Of a stretch of DNA of 64,000 nucleotides, positions 51,117-61,852 are shown piece by piece. Within the stretch, counting starts at the first letter, position 1; the number at the start of each line of letters is the position of its first letter. The notes under the pieces are model-generated. The model did no database searches. It was not told the origin of the DNA and saw only the letters and a program-made list of their open reading frames with translations. Location: the NCBI RefSeq assembly GCF_036971445.1, contig NC_091472.1, positions 46,128,001-46,192,000 of the forward strand. Direction: 5' to 3'. Source of the stretch: Narcine bancroftii (lineage: Eukaryota). The translations under genes and the position numbers were made by a program.

Positions 51117-52859
51117 TGAAGTGCCAGTTGATGAAGTAGACAAAGACGATGTGGTCAAACAATAATCATGGCTTTTATTAGCAGAAATTCATGGTACAAT
51201 AATGAAAGATAATAGATGCATACACAGTTATACCCAAGGGGAATGTCCTTAACAGTAGAGATAATGCACAGCCAATGTTACTACAGCAAGGCTCGCCAGA
51301 GGGGAGACAGGCAGCTTGGCAGACATTCACCACACTCTCCCCCTGACAGAAGAAGGGTTAAAATCAAAAGGACAGCTGCTAGGAAAGACTGAAGCAAGCG
51401 ATACATGGATACCATGTTTGGCATTGAGAATACTCTAACAGCCAAAATACGTCAGTATCTAGCAAGCAATCGAAATATAATGAGATCCAGAATTGCCAGC
51501 GTGAGGCAGTGGAGCCTCAGCATGGCCATTTGAAAGCTTACTAGGGGTCACAGGCTTGGGGGGGGGGGGTTGGTGAGCCCAATCTCTCAGGCTCACTCTG
51601 AGTAGGGGTGTGAGGAAGGGGTGAACCAGACGAGGCCAGATCTCTTAGGGGTACAGTGTCAGTACACCCATCTGGGAATTTAACATGAGCGTAGTTGGGG
51701 GTTGGTATGCAGAGGTTGAACTGGTTGGACTAGGGGGTCTGTTTTACGCTCCCGAGCATGGTTCTTCAGCAGCACGGTTCCAGGCTCAGATAAACAGGCT
51801 GGCCAGTCCATCACAGTTCCTGATTTCCTAGGAAAGGCAAACATGCGTTCATGAGGTGTTTGATTTGTTGCAGTACACAATAATGACCGAATAGAAAGTA
51901 GCACCTCAGGCAGAAGAAGGAATCTTCAGACGAGCAGGTTGAATCGACTTCAAGTGACGGCGAGGTGAGATCCCCTGTGATAGCGCAATTGACTGTAAAG
52001 CTTGAGGGATGTTACGGACTGGAATGGTCGACTATGATGGGGGAGGTGAATGGTGAGACTCTTGATTGTCTAATAGACATGGGGAGTACTGACAGCTACA
52101 TCCACGAGAAAGTTGCCAGTGCCTTAAATTTGCGGAGATATCCAGGGAACCGAAAGATATCGATGGCTTGCAGTGAACTTACAAAAACTGTAGCGGGTCC
52201 AGAAGTCGGTCCTTCCCACACTACAGACCCAGAAATTGTACCAGTTCCCAAGGTTGAAAAGGTGCCACCTGTTTTGAGAAGAAGCACCAGAATTCGTAAA
52301 CAACCTGATAGGCTGACATATTCATAAAACATCTCATTATATTTTGATTGCTTGCTAGATACTGGTGTATTTTGGCTGTTAGAGTATTCTCAATGCCAAA
52401 CATGGAATCTATATATCATTTGCTTCAGTCTTTCCTTGCAGCTGTCCTTTTGATTTTAATCCTTCTTCTGCCAGGGGGAGACTGTGGTGAACGTCTGCCA
52501 AGCTGCCTGTCTCCCCTTTGGCGAGCCTTGCTGTACTAACATTGGCTGTGCATTATCTCTACTGTTAAGGACATTCCCCTTGGGTATAACTGTGTATGCC
52601 CCTATTATCTTTCATTACTGTACCATGAGTTTCTGCTAATAAAATTGAAGTGCCAGTTGATGAAGTAGACAAAGACAATGTGGTCAAACAATAATCATGG
52701 CTGTTATTAGCAGAAACTCATGGTACAATAATGAAAGACAATAGGTGCATACAGTTATACCCAAGGGGAGTGTCCTTAACAGTAGAGATAATGCACAGCC
52801 AATTAGTTCAGCAAGGCTCACCAGAGGGGAGACAGGCAGCTTGGCAGACATTCACCACA
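51117..52859 (-). mobile_element. Rearranged Gypsy-type LTR element with three LTR copies and an internal inversion
   Basis: LTR(-) 51117-51334 with PPT, integrase piece (-) 51600-51910 (IRSLLCTATNQTPHERMF), protease and integrase tail (+) 51965-52327 (CLIDMGSTDSYI, LRRSTRIRKQPDRL), PPT and truncated LTR(+) 52483-52644, LTR(-) 52646-52859. Confidence 0.85.
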
Positions 52860-53119
52860 GAGGGCCACTAGCCAAAATGGTGGTTTGCTGTCTGCCTTAT
52901 GGTAGACAAATGTTAAAGAATTTCATGTATGTTACATTCTAAATGTAGTATTACATTCCTTTAACAGAGTTATGATGAACTAGCAGAATAGATTTTCATC
53001 TTCCCAGCTTCATTTCCTGAAACAATCAGAATCCCTTTCCCCCTCTTATTAGGCTATTTTAAAAAAAATCTGCAGTTCAGGAAATAATTTTTCATTTCAC
53101 CCTTCCCCATTGATTTACA

Positions 53120-53428
53120 ACCCCTTTTCCACTAGTGCCCTGTCCCAGAAATTAACTGAGAATTTACTGGGACGGGGTCCAGTGGAAAAGGAACACGGTC
53201 TGAATGCCGGGTTCAAATGACATCATTTCACACAAGGTCTTGACCCCTACTCAGATCCCTGGCGTTTGCTGATAAAACCAACAGAAAGTCACCCGTTTCC
53301 AGTTGAAGGTAGGACACTCCGATCCCTGGAGATGTGTGCGTTCAGTGGAAAAGCAATTAGTGTTCCAGTTAAAGGTGGTCCAAATTGCTTCCTATCAGGG
53401 AATACTGCACAGCCAATGGAAAAGGGGC
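53120..53428. mobile_element. PIF/Harbinger-like MITE
   Basis: TIRs ccccttttcca ... tggaaaaggggc|tta, an internal hairpin ttttccact...cagtggaaaa and repeated cagtggaaa motifs. Confidence 0.55.
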
Positions 53429-53514
53429 TTATGTTTAATACATCCATCTTTTTTGGTCGGTGATAATCCAACGAATTGTGGGGAGGTTTTCCATTAATGA
53501 TTCTAGATAGATAG

Positions 53515-54260
53515 TGTGGTGATATGTAATTACATCACTAGGTCACCAGAGGTCATCCCGGTGACCTTGTATATAAAGCAGTCCAGAGCTACAGTCTTGC
53601 CTTCCATATTAGTTTATTAAAGCTGTCTTATACTCGCACTGCTGGTGTGGTTATTTTCAGTACAATTTAATAAACTAATATAGCTACAAGGATGGAAGCT
53701 GCTTCTGCTCCAATGTGCATTCCCAACCACCTGGAGACTCTTCCTGAGGAATGGAATCCAGGGACGACGAGCACGCACGTGCATCCGAGGACAGAGACGG
53801 CGAGGGATCGCTGTACTGGAATCATGGTGGAAGGCGGGAAAGACCACAGAAATACGATAGGGCAGGTAAGAAACAGCCAAGAGCCCTGCCTGCCCATGGG
53901 TTCACCAGTACAGGCGCCGCCGACCCTAAACCCGGTCCGATCAGAACGGGGCCACTACAAGCGCGGCTGGAAGGACCTCCACAAGTCGTGCTCCCGATTG
54001 CCATGTAGGTGCAGAATTCCCGACCACTCCAGAGCCAGGGAGAGCAGACCCCGCTACCGTCACTCTCCCAGCAACAGTTTCCCCAGTACCGCAGAGACCT
54101 GAGGCTACGGCTGGGCTCCCCTCTAAGCCCGCTGCAAATGTCCCAAAGCCAGAGACTCCGCCCCAAGCACCCAGGTTACTCCTCCAGCAGACACAAGCCC
54201 GACAGAGGCTCCAGCAGCAGGAGTGGTCATGACATATCACCACAGGTAGAACGGTGGTGA
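53515..54260 (+). mobile_element. LTR retrotransposon remnant (LTR-like segment plus gag/integrase scraps) abutting the TBCC promoter
   Basis: TGTGGTG...CAGTACA segment (~53515-53664) with TATATAAA and ATTAAA, then an ATG-initiated gag-like start and GPLQARLEGP, resembling the integrase GPY/F motif. Confidence 0.55.
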
Positions 54261-54334
54261 AACCTGTAATGCTGCACCCTGCAACTGTCGACAGAATGAG
54301 TGACCCCCCCAGGGCCCACCCGTCTCCCTTTGAA

Positions 54335-54395
54335 CCCAGATTGGCCAATCAGAACGACAGATACGGGCAGGCGCCAGTATTGGACCAATAGAGCG
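54335..54395 (+). promoter_or_regulatory. TBCC: TBCC proximal promoter with paired NF-Y CCAAT boxes
   Basis: ATTGGCCAAT at 54340-54349 and ATTGGACCAAT at 54379-54389, 40-90 nt upstream of a good Kozak ATG (gaaaccATGG). Confidence 0.6.
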
Positions 54396-54429
54396 GCCCG
54401 ATGTTCAAGCGCTCCTTTGGCGAGAAACC

Positions 54430-55478
54430 ATGGCGCTCATGGGGGAGAGCGAGAAGAGGGAGCCGCTGCCGGAGGAGATGCCGGAGTACGACCGGCGCAG
54501 AGAGAGGATGGTGGAGATCCTGCAGCGCCGGGACCAGGAGCGCCAGCAAGGCGTGGAGCGGAGAAAGCTGGCCAAAGACGTGGTCACAGTCAAGGAGGAG
54601 AAGGCCAACTTCTTCGTCTCGGCCTTCTCGGAGGAGAGGGCGGCGATCGAGGCGCTGCTGGCGAGCTGCGAGGGGGGCGCCGACAAGGCGGCGCTGACGG
54701 GCCGCTTCGAGGACATGGCGCAGAAGATGCAGCGGCTGCAGAAGTTCGTCAACGACAGCATGATGTTCCTGTCGGCCTACGAGCTGCGCAAGGCCCAGGC
54801 CGCCTTGCAGCAACTGCAGGCGGCGGTGCTGGACAAGCGGGAGGAGTGCCTGCCCAAGAAGAAGTTCGCCTTCAAATCGCGCCGAAAAGAAAACGCCGCC
54901 CCCAGGGAGACCCAGGCCGCTCCCCGTCCCCCCGCACGACAACCTCCCAGCCCCGGGTGGTCGAGCAGAACGTCTGCGGCTTCTCGGACGCAGACTCGCG
55001 GGTGCTGGTCCGCTCGGCGCCAGAGATCAGCGGCAAGGACGTGCTGTTGACCGGGTTGTCCAACTGCGTGGTGAAGCTCCTGGGCTCGCCCAGCACCCTG
55101 CACATCAAGAATGTCACCGATTCCAAGGTGCTGTGCGGACCGGTGGCGACCTCGGTGTTGGTGGACCAGTCTGCCGGCTGCACGTTCGCTTTCGCTTGCC
55201 AACAGCTGCGAACCCACAACACCAAGAATGCACAGGTGTATTTGCATGTGACCAGCAGAGCCATCGTGGAAGATTGCACTGAAATTTCGTTCGCTCCATT
55301 TAACTGGACTTACGAAGGCATCGAGAGAGATTTTGAACAGGCAAGGTTAGACAAAACTAAAAACAATTGGAACATTATTGACGATTTTAACTGGCTTGCG
55401 TCTGATCATTCCCCTAACTGGAGAATTTTGCCAGAGGAATCTCGAATAACTGATTGGGATGAAATCTTATCTCCATGA
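54430..55478 (+). CDS. TBCC: Tubulin-specific chaperone C (tubulin-folding cofactor C), single exon, with one apparent 1-nt deletion at ~54900-54955
   Basis: N-terminal helical domain in ORF 54430..55050 (LQKFVNDSMMFLSAYELRKAQ, LPKKKFAF). C-CAP/cofactor-C beta-helix in ORF 54300..55478 (CGPVATSV, ACQQLRTH, TSRAIVEDC, FAPF, DDFNWLA, SPNWRILPE). Span is 1049 nt, i.e. 3n-1. AATAAA signals near 55556 and 55795. Confidence 0.93.
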
Positions 55479-56328
55479 TGTTGCCCCAAGTGCCTGGCGT
55501 TAGTGTGTATTAAACAATCGCAAGAATTCGAGACTTGATCCATGTCGTTTACTTGAATAAAAACAAAATAATCCTTGTGGATAGGGGTCTTATTTAATGG
55601 TTGGCCAATTACACCCATAGTGTGGGTTAAAGCTGATTGTGAATAGTTGGCATGTTGTGAAATATCTTCTGTCTGATTGTCAACGCATTGTTCTTGGTGT
55701 TTGCGCTTTTGTCTAAAAATGTATGTTATCATGTCGATGTAGAGTTTGTAAAAGAGTTGAAACTAATTTTAAAGTGCATTACATTGGTGGATAAAATAAA
55801 ATTACCATCTTGAACTGGCTTGTTTATTCTTAAAACAAGAGCCAATATCAAATCCATAAGTTCGAAATTGAACCTCATCGTCACTTCTAATTGAAAAAGA
55901 TGCTCTGGTAAAAAGGGGGGTTAATCTGTGTTCAGAGACATCCAACATTAAGATTTAATAGTTGATTCAAACAAGTTGTTAACTATAAGGACATGGTCCG
56001 CTCCATTTTTGGTGCTTTCCAGCAGGTTGATGATGGCATTGCAGTTCTCTTCGGTTCATAGATTGTATCAAAAAAAGTAAGGTTAATTGTGAATCTATTA
56101 GCTAGGGTGTGAGTGACACTGAATGCAAGTTCACATTCCTGGTGGACTGCTGGCTACTTTAAGCGACCTATCTGGAGTTGTACATTTGTCTGCTGAGGAC
56201 AATATGCTCAACAGATGGTATGTAAATCCTAAACAAAAGTTAAAACTATTTTGCATCAAAATTAATTACTGAGAATTTTAATTCTAAATATTATCTTCAA
56301 TTTTTTTTCTTCCTTCTGGCCTCCTTTG

Positions 56329-57557
56329 TGTGATGGAATCGTGCTACTATTAATCTTTAGTTATAAAGTTTATATTTCTTAGTAAAATTATTTTGTGGGT
56401 TGGATTCAGGGACACACTTACAGACACAAGAAGCTATTTTCGGAGTTGCAAAGTCTGGTGAACAACCCAATAAAACTAGAAGTGTTTGTTCATTGAAATA
56501 TGTAGGACAATGGGGTTGCTCAAGGAGGATATCTAATCAAACAAGACTTTGTTTGTTTACCTATGTTGCTAGAATGGAAACTTAGATGGCATCTGTTCAA
56601 AGCAGGCTTTTGCTTGTGGTCGGCAGACAATTCAGAACCATATTACCTCATAAACATTTGGAAGAGATAAGCTTCAAACAGAAGCCAGCGGTGTGTCATA
56701 TCAGTGATTATGCCATTTTAAGCAGCATCTTTAATATTACTGAACCAAAAACAAACGTGGTCAGAAATGCTGTAACATTCTGTGAGTAGCATAGTCTGAC
56801 AGTAGCTCCAGAAGGGATGACTACTTTGCTGCTTCTCTTGGTCAATGCTGCAGTGTCATTTTAAATAGCCACTCATAACTCAACCAATTCTGGGTTAAAA
56901 AAAGCAAGATCATCCATCTTTCTGGATCATAGCCATTGTAATGGTTACTTCGTCAGACTCATGCCTGAGTTTGTGAAAGCATCAAGGAAGAAAACAGAAG
57001 TTCTGAAACCTCCATGCAAGAGAAGTAAATCATTCATATGAAGAAACAATTCTCTGAAAATAACTCAACAAGAATTTTGTGAGTTTTGAGAAGTCTGATG
57101 CCTCACAGCTGCTCCACAATTGAAAGAATCTGAGTTTCAAAGCAAACTGACTGAACTTTAAAATCAATTCAGATTTATTCCTGAACTGTTAATAGTTTTA
57201 CCACACTCACATTTATACATCGTGGGGTTAAATTAGAGTTAAGTGAGAAGTGTTATATTAACATTTATTAATAAAAATTGTTTTGAAAATACCATTGGTG
57301 AATTTCTATTGGTGCTATTCTGTACTGTAGAGCTCGTCGAAAGAATCAAAGACTTGTTGATCCAAACCAAAGACAGGAGCTCTTCACAGGTGGCCGACCA
57401 GTCCAGAATGATCCCTGGCTAGGGACACAACCCTTTAAGGCCCAGACAGTAGGCGTGGCTTAGCTCTCAGCCAATCGCTGTAAGCACAGTCTAGATACTG
57501 TAACTATATACACTATATACATTGGTGATAGATCTGTACTATCACATGTATGTAACA
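56329..57557. mobile_element. Solo LTR related to 47955-48945, with a smaller solo LTR nested at 57326-57546
   Basis: TGTGATGGAAT...TGTAACA termini and shared internal motifs (ggggttaa, tgaatttctattg). The nested piece is TG...CA flanked by tgtac/tgtat. Confidence 0.55.
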
Positions 57558-57907
57558 ATTTGAAATAGATATTGTATGTGCTAATGGGAATATACGGTTT
57601 CAGCTATCAGAATGGAGATGTGGAAGGGTGATAATTGTCAATGGCTTAGGATCAAAACATGGGAGAGGTCTTCACTGGGCAATAGCATCTTTTCAGATAC
57701 TAGTTCAAAGAATGGTTAATATGACTTTAAAAATTGCTTCCTTTTTTCCCATCTATTCAACTCATTCTACTGTTGTCCTAGTTTAGTTCATTGTTCTGAA
57801 CCAACTGTCCACAAGCCCCTAGTATAAATGCCATGATTTCAGGAAAAATCGGAGAGATGCAAGTACAAGTTCATTTTTGATGTTTACAGAGAAACAATGA
57901 ACAATTT

Positions 57908-58130
57908 AGGCAGCATGGTTGGTGTAGCGGTTAGTGCCACACCCTTTCAGCACCAGCGATCGGGGGACTGGAGTTTGAATCCAGCACTGTCTGTAAGAAG
58001 TTTGTGCGTTCTCCCCATCTGCATGGGTTTCCCCCGGGGGCTCCAGTTTCCTCCCACTGTTCAAAACGTAATAGGGATGTAGATTAATTGGGTGGCACAG
58101 ACGCATGGGCATGTGGTGCATGTCTAAATT
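57908..58130 (+). mobile_element. tRNA-derived V-SINE (HE1-like)
   Basis: ggcagcatggttggtgtagcggttagtgc (A box), gagtttgaatcc (B box), V-domain gttctccccatctgcatgggtttcccccgggggctccagtttcctcccac. Confidence 0.8.
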
Positions 58131-58624
58131 TTAAAATAATAATTTGGAGAGGGTAAGACCAAGTGAAAGAGCTGGCCCTAAACAAAAGTGTTAACTTGCT
58201 GTCAGCAAATATCCTATTTTGGATTAGCCTAGCCTTGCTTGTAGATAAAATGCAAAATATATTGTCATATTTGAAAATAGCCATCTGTTGTGATTATCAA
58301 TGAAGTATAAAAGTTTGTTTTATTCATTTATTATGAAAGTTTTCAAAAAGAAAATACATTGAACAACCTTTGGTGAATCACTTTTCCTCAAGCTGGGCAA
58401 TGCAAAGAAAATACTTGCAACCTTCCCTGGCCAAGGCTGGAAAGGGTGAGATGAGGAACATAGGGTCAATGTCGAGAGGGAAATGTAACAATTCACCGCA
58501 ATTAATTAATTTGCCACAAAATAAGAGAAGGGTTCATCAGCCAACAGGCTAACATGTTATCTCTAACCAACAGGGTTGCAATGAAATGAATTGTCAGCAG
58601 ACAATAACAGCATGATAGAACTGT

Positions 58625-58960
58625 TATGGGGTTCATTCAGAGCATAATGGTTGAAGGGAAGAAACTGTCTAAGCCTATTGGTGTGTGTTTTTGCCCTCTT
58701 AAGCCTACTCCCCAATGGGAGAAGAGAATGTGTCTTGGGTGTGATGAGTCTTTCAATATATTGGCTGCCTTTCCTGGTCCATGGATGAGAAGAGCATTTG
58801 CCTTTTGTTTGGGCTGCATTCGCTTCTTTCTGTAATTTCTTCCCATCTTGACCATAGCACGCTGTGATGCATCCTCCATGTACCTATAGAAGTTGTTGAG
58901 GGAAAAGGAGACATACCGAACTTCCTTCACTTTTAAAAGTATAGACGTTGTTGTGCTTTC
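58625..58960 (-). mobile_element. Rex1/Babar LINE 3' fragment
   Basis: LNNFYRYMED...KAANILKDSSHPRHILFS...SFFP. Confidence 0.65.
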
Positions 58961-58964
58961 TTAA

Positions 58965-60300
58965 CAAGCCCCATTCTCTTCTCAGTACAAACCTCCTCTC
59001 CACAGTTTTATATGCAAGGGAACCAGACAAGGTTACCTAGCTGAACCATTCATTCCCATGTTTGGCTGGAGCATCTCCCTCCTCCCACCTCTAACTGAAT
59101 CAACTCACCATCCAGAATGAATATTTAACTTTTTTTTCTGTAATGCAACCTATTTTCCTGTCTCTTCCACCCCATGGCTCCAAAAAGAAGAAGGGTAACT
59201 CGTGGACACATCTTCCTAGAATTGAGTTAGTCCGTGTATCTTCTACCTTCCCCCGTCCTTAGATCGCCTGACCAAACCTGCAAGTATTCCCCTTGGGCTA
59301 TACCCATCGCTCACGTCTTAATTTTCTTTCCATCTCTCATCCTCTGAGCAATTTTATTCAGGTCTCTTCTTTTAGTTGCACGGCACCATCTTCATATTAA
59401 ACTGTAGACCACCCAGCTTCATTTGTTGGGTGATATGGTTAACCGTTCTCCCCTATAAAGCGCCGTTTCTTTCAAATCGGCAAAAAGGGATGTTCTTTTA
59501 AATCCACAGCCGCCGTTCTCCTTCCCTTCCAAACTTCCTGCACTCGAGGTACCACCCAAACCCAATTTTATTTTCCCTCGCACATTCATATTTGAACCTC
59601 TTCTGATCAGGGTTCTGCTCTTGCACTGCCTGAACACCTCGAAAATCTTCAAAACGCCACACAATTTGGACATTGTCCTCAATCCGGCTTGACCTGCCTG
59701 CAGACTTTATTAAAGTTACTCCACTCTAATTCTGCCGGACGGCTCCACATTTAGCGGATCAAATTCACATCCTATAACATATCCTGCAATCGATTTCCTT
59801 CTCTTGTTTGTTTCCTTCCCTCTGGTGTTCTCCAAGACCCTGGCCATTCGCATCTCTCACCTATATGTGACCAAAATGTATCCAAAACCCAGCATGAGCT
59901 TCCTCGAGAATGGTGACAACGACCAACGTGCCTGTTTGCAAGGCACTCGCAACCCTTTGAATTGCCACACTACCTGTCCGATTTCATGCAATGGGTGAGA
60001 AGATACAGTATTTGCTCCACTCTTAAGGGGGTAAAACCGGTTTCAAACCTTGCCCTAGACTTTGTTATCTGCCCTCCCCATGACACGCCATTCCTGGTTG
60101 TATGGTATTCTTTAACGTGAAGTGGACAGCTCGCAATACTGGTATCATCTTCGACCCAACTTTGGACCAGATTGCTTATCTTCACAACTCTAACCCATCA
60201 TCCAAATTCTGAATCCCCCTAATCTGTGCTGTTTCATTCCTAGGTTTGATCATTCTAATATTTCTGATGGCTCAAGGTCAAGCCCAGAACCATGTTTGGA
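58965..60300 (-). mobile_element. Possible old L1 5'/ORF1 remnant
   Basis: ORF 59419..59682 has only a faint resemblance to the fish L1 ORF1 C-terminal region; no diagnostic motif is intact. Confidence 0.3.
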
Positions 60301-60639
60301 TGCACTTCTTAGCTTAATTTTCGGCATTCACCCATAGTCATGCGATTATCCAGTCACAATACTTTTCCATGGAGGAGTTTTTTTAAAAATAGGTGCCTTT
60401 ATATTAAATCATCCCTTTCCGTGAAATTTCTTCCATCGTTCCCGAAAGCATTTGTGCAGTTCTGGCCTCCGACGCATCTGCTGAACAAGGTCTCTCAGTT
60501 CCCAGCCCAGAATGGGTTCCCTGGCACCCCTTCCCCTTTGAAAACCCCACCTCAGTGGTCAAACCTTGGGCATTCTCCTCCTCCTCAGTCATTTGTACTT
60601 GTCTGCGCGGCAGTTTTCTCCCAATATTCGTATTGACCA

Positions 60640-61154
60640 ACATTTAAGCTTATTAAACGGAACCTACTTTTGCATTCATTACATTTTGTGAGGAAAGGTG
60701 GGACACGACACAGTGACAGCAAATGGAAGGGAGGACGAAGTAAATGCAGTCCACTCCCCCGGAGAGAGGTGCACTCACTGAGAACTTGAGGGCAAAGCAA
60801 TTACACGGTTAAAAGGCGGATTACTTTCGAATGGCTCATCTGGGGCAAGGCTTTCTCTAAATGATTAGAGATAAACCTTATTACTGGTATTAAGGTGACG
60901 TCTTAGAAGAACCATCTCCTTTGTTGAGGAAAGCAGTGGTGAGCTGCAGTCGCAGGCCGTGTCTTTTTTTTTTAACCCCCCCCCCCCACCCCCCAGACTT
61001 GATCCATTGGAGAGGACTTTTTTCTCCCCTCCCTCCTCACAGTGAAGCTCAGAATGGAGGGGCTCGAATTCCTCTCAGGCCCACGAGTTCCTGCGACCAC
61101 GCGCAACTCCTCCTAATTTCCTCAAAGCCACCTTTCCCATTCGAATTTGGGAGA
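60640..61154 (+). promoter_or_regulatory. PRPH2: Putative PRPH2 photoreceptor promoter / 5' UTR
   Basis: CRX/OTX-type GGATTA at 60818-60823, TGATTAG at ~60862, CAATTA at ~60798 and a CRE-like TGACGTC at ~60896, upstream of the PRPH2 ATG. Confidence 0.4.
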
Positions 61155-61730
61155 ATGGCCATCCTGAAAATGAAGTTCACCATGCAGCGAAGGGTGAAGT
61201 TGGCCCAGGGGCTGTGGCTGCTGAACTGGTGTTGTGTGATGTTGGGAATCGTCATCTTCGCGATGGGCTTGTTCCTGAAGATCGAGCTCAGGAAACGCAG
61301 CGAGCTGATGGACAACGAGGAGAGCCACTTAGTGCCCAACTGCCTGCTCCTGGTGGGCGTCTGGCCTGCGCCGTCAACTGCTGCGGGGGAAAGTTTTGCT
61401 ACGACTCCCTCGACCCGGCCAAATACGGCCGCTGGAAGTCGGTGCTGAAGTTCTACCTGGCCTCCTGCTTGGTCTTCGCTTTCTTGACCTTCGTCACCGT
61501 GCTGCTGTGCTCCTGATGAGGGTTTACCTGGAGGACACGCTGGCCAAAGGCCTGAAGAACGGCATGAAATTCTACCGAGACACCGACACTCCGGCAGGTG
61601 CTTCATGAAGAAGACCATCGACCAGCTGCAGATAGATTTCCGCTGCTGCGGAACAACGGCTTCCGAGACTGGTTGAGATCCAGTGGATCAGTAACCGATA
61701 CCTGGACTTCAGCTCCAAGGAGGTGAAAGA
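61155..61730 (+). CDS. PRPH2: Peripherin-2 (RDS tetraspanin) exon 1, with five apparent 1-nt deletions
   Basis: Stitching frames gives [25 protein letters not shown]...[10 protein letters not shown]...[14 protein letters not shown]...[61 protein letters not shown], ending at GA|gtaagt. Length is 576 nt versus 581 coding nt for human exon 1. Confidence 0.93.
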
Positions 61731-61852
61731 GTAAGTAGAGCAAAGGATCCACCGGGGGCCACGGGGCTGGACCTCGCTCTCTCTTCTGGCCCTTGCCTTC
61801 TATGTGTTTTCGGCTTCATCATGAATTCGCTGCGGCATTTGGCGTTTACAGC

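Noticed and set aside
51117-52859. CRISPR-like or invertible-switch interpretation of the repeated ~215-bp units
   Set aside because: The units have TG...CA termini and polypurine tracts and flank protease/integrase fragments, so they are LTRs in a vertebrate genome.
54300-54950. N-terminal 200 aa of ORF 54300..55478 and the overlapping antisense ORFs
   Set aside because: Off-frame or antisense shadows of the GC-rich TBCC coding sequence. The real N-terminus is in the 54430 frame.
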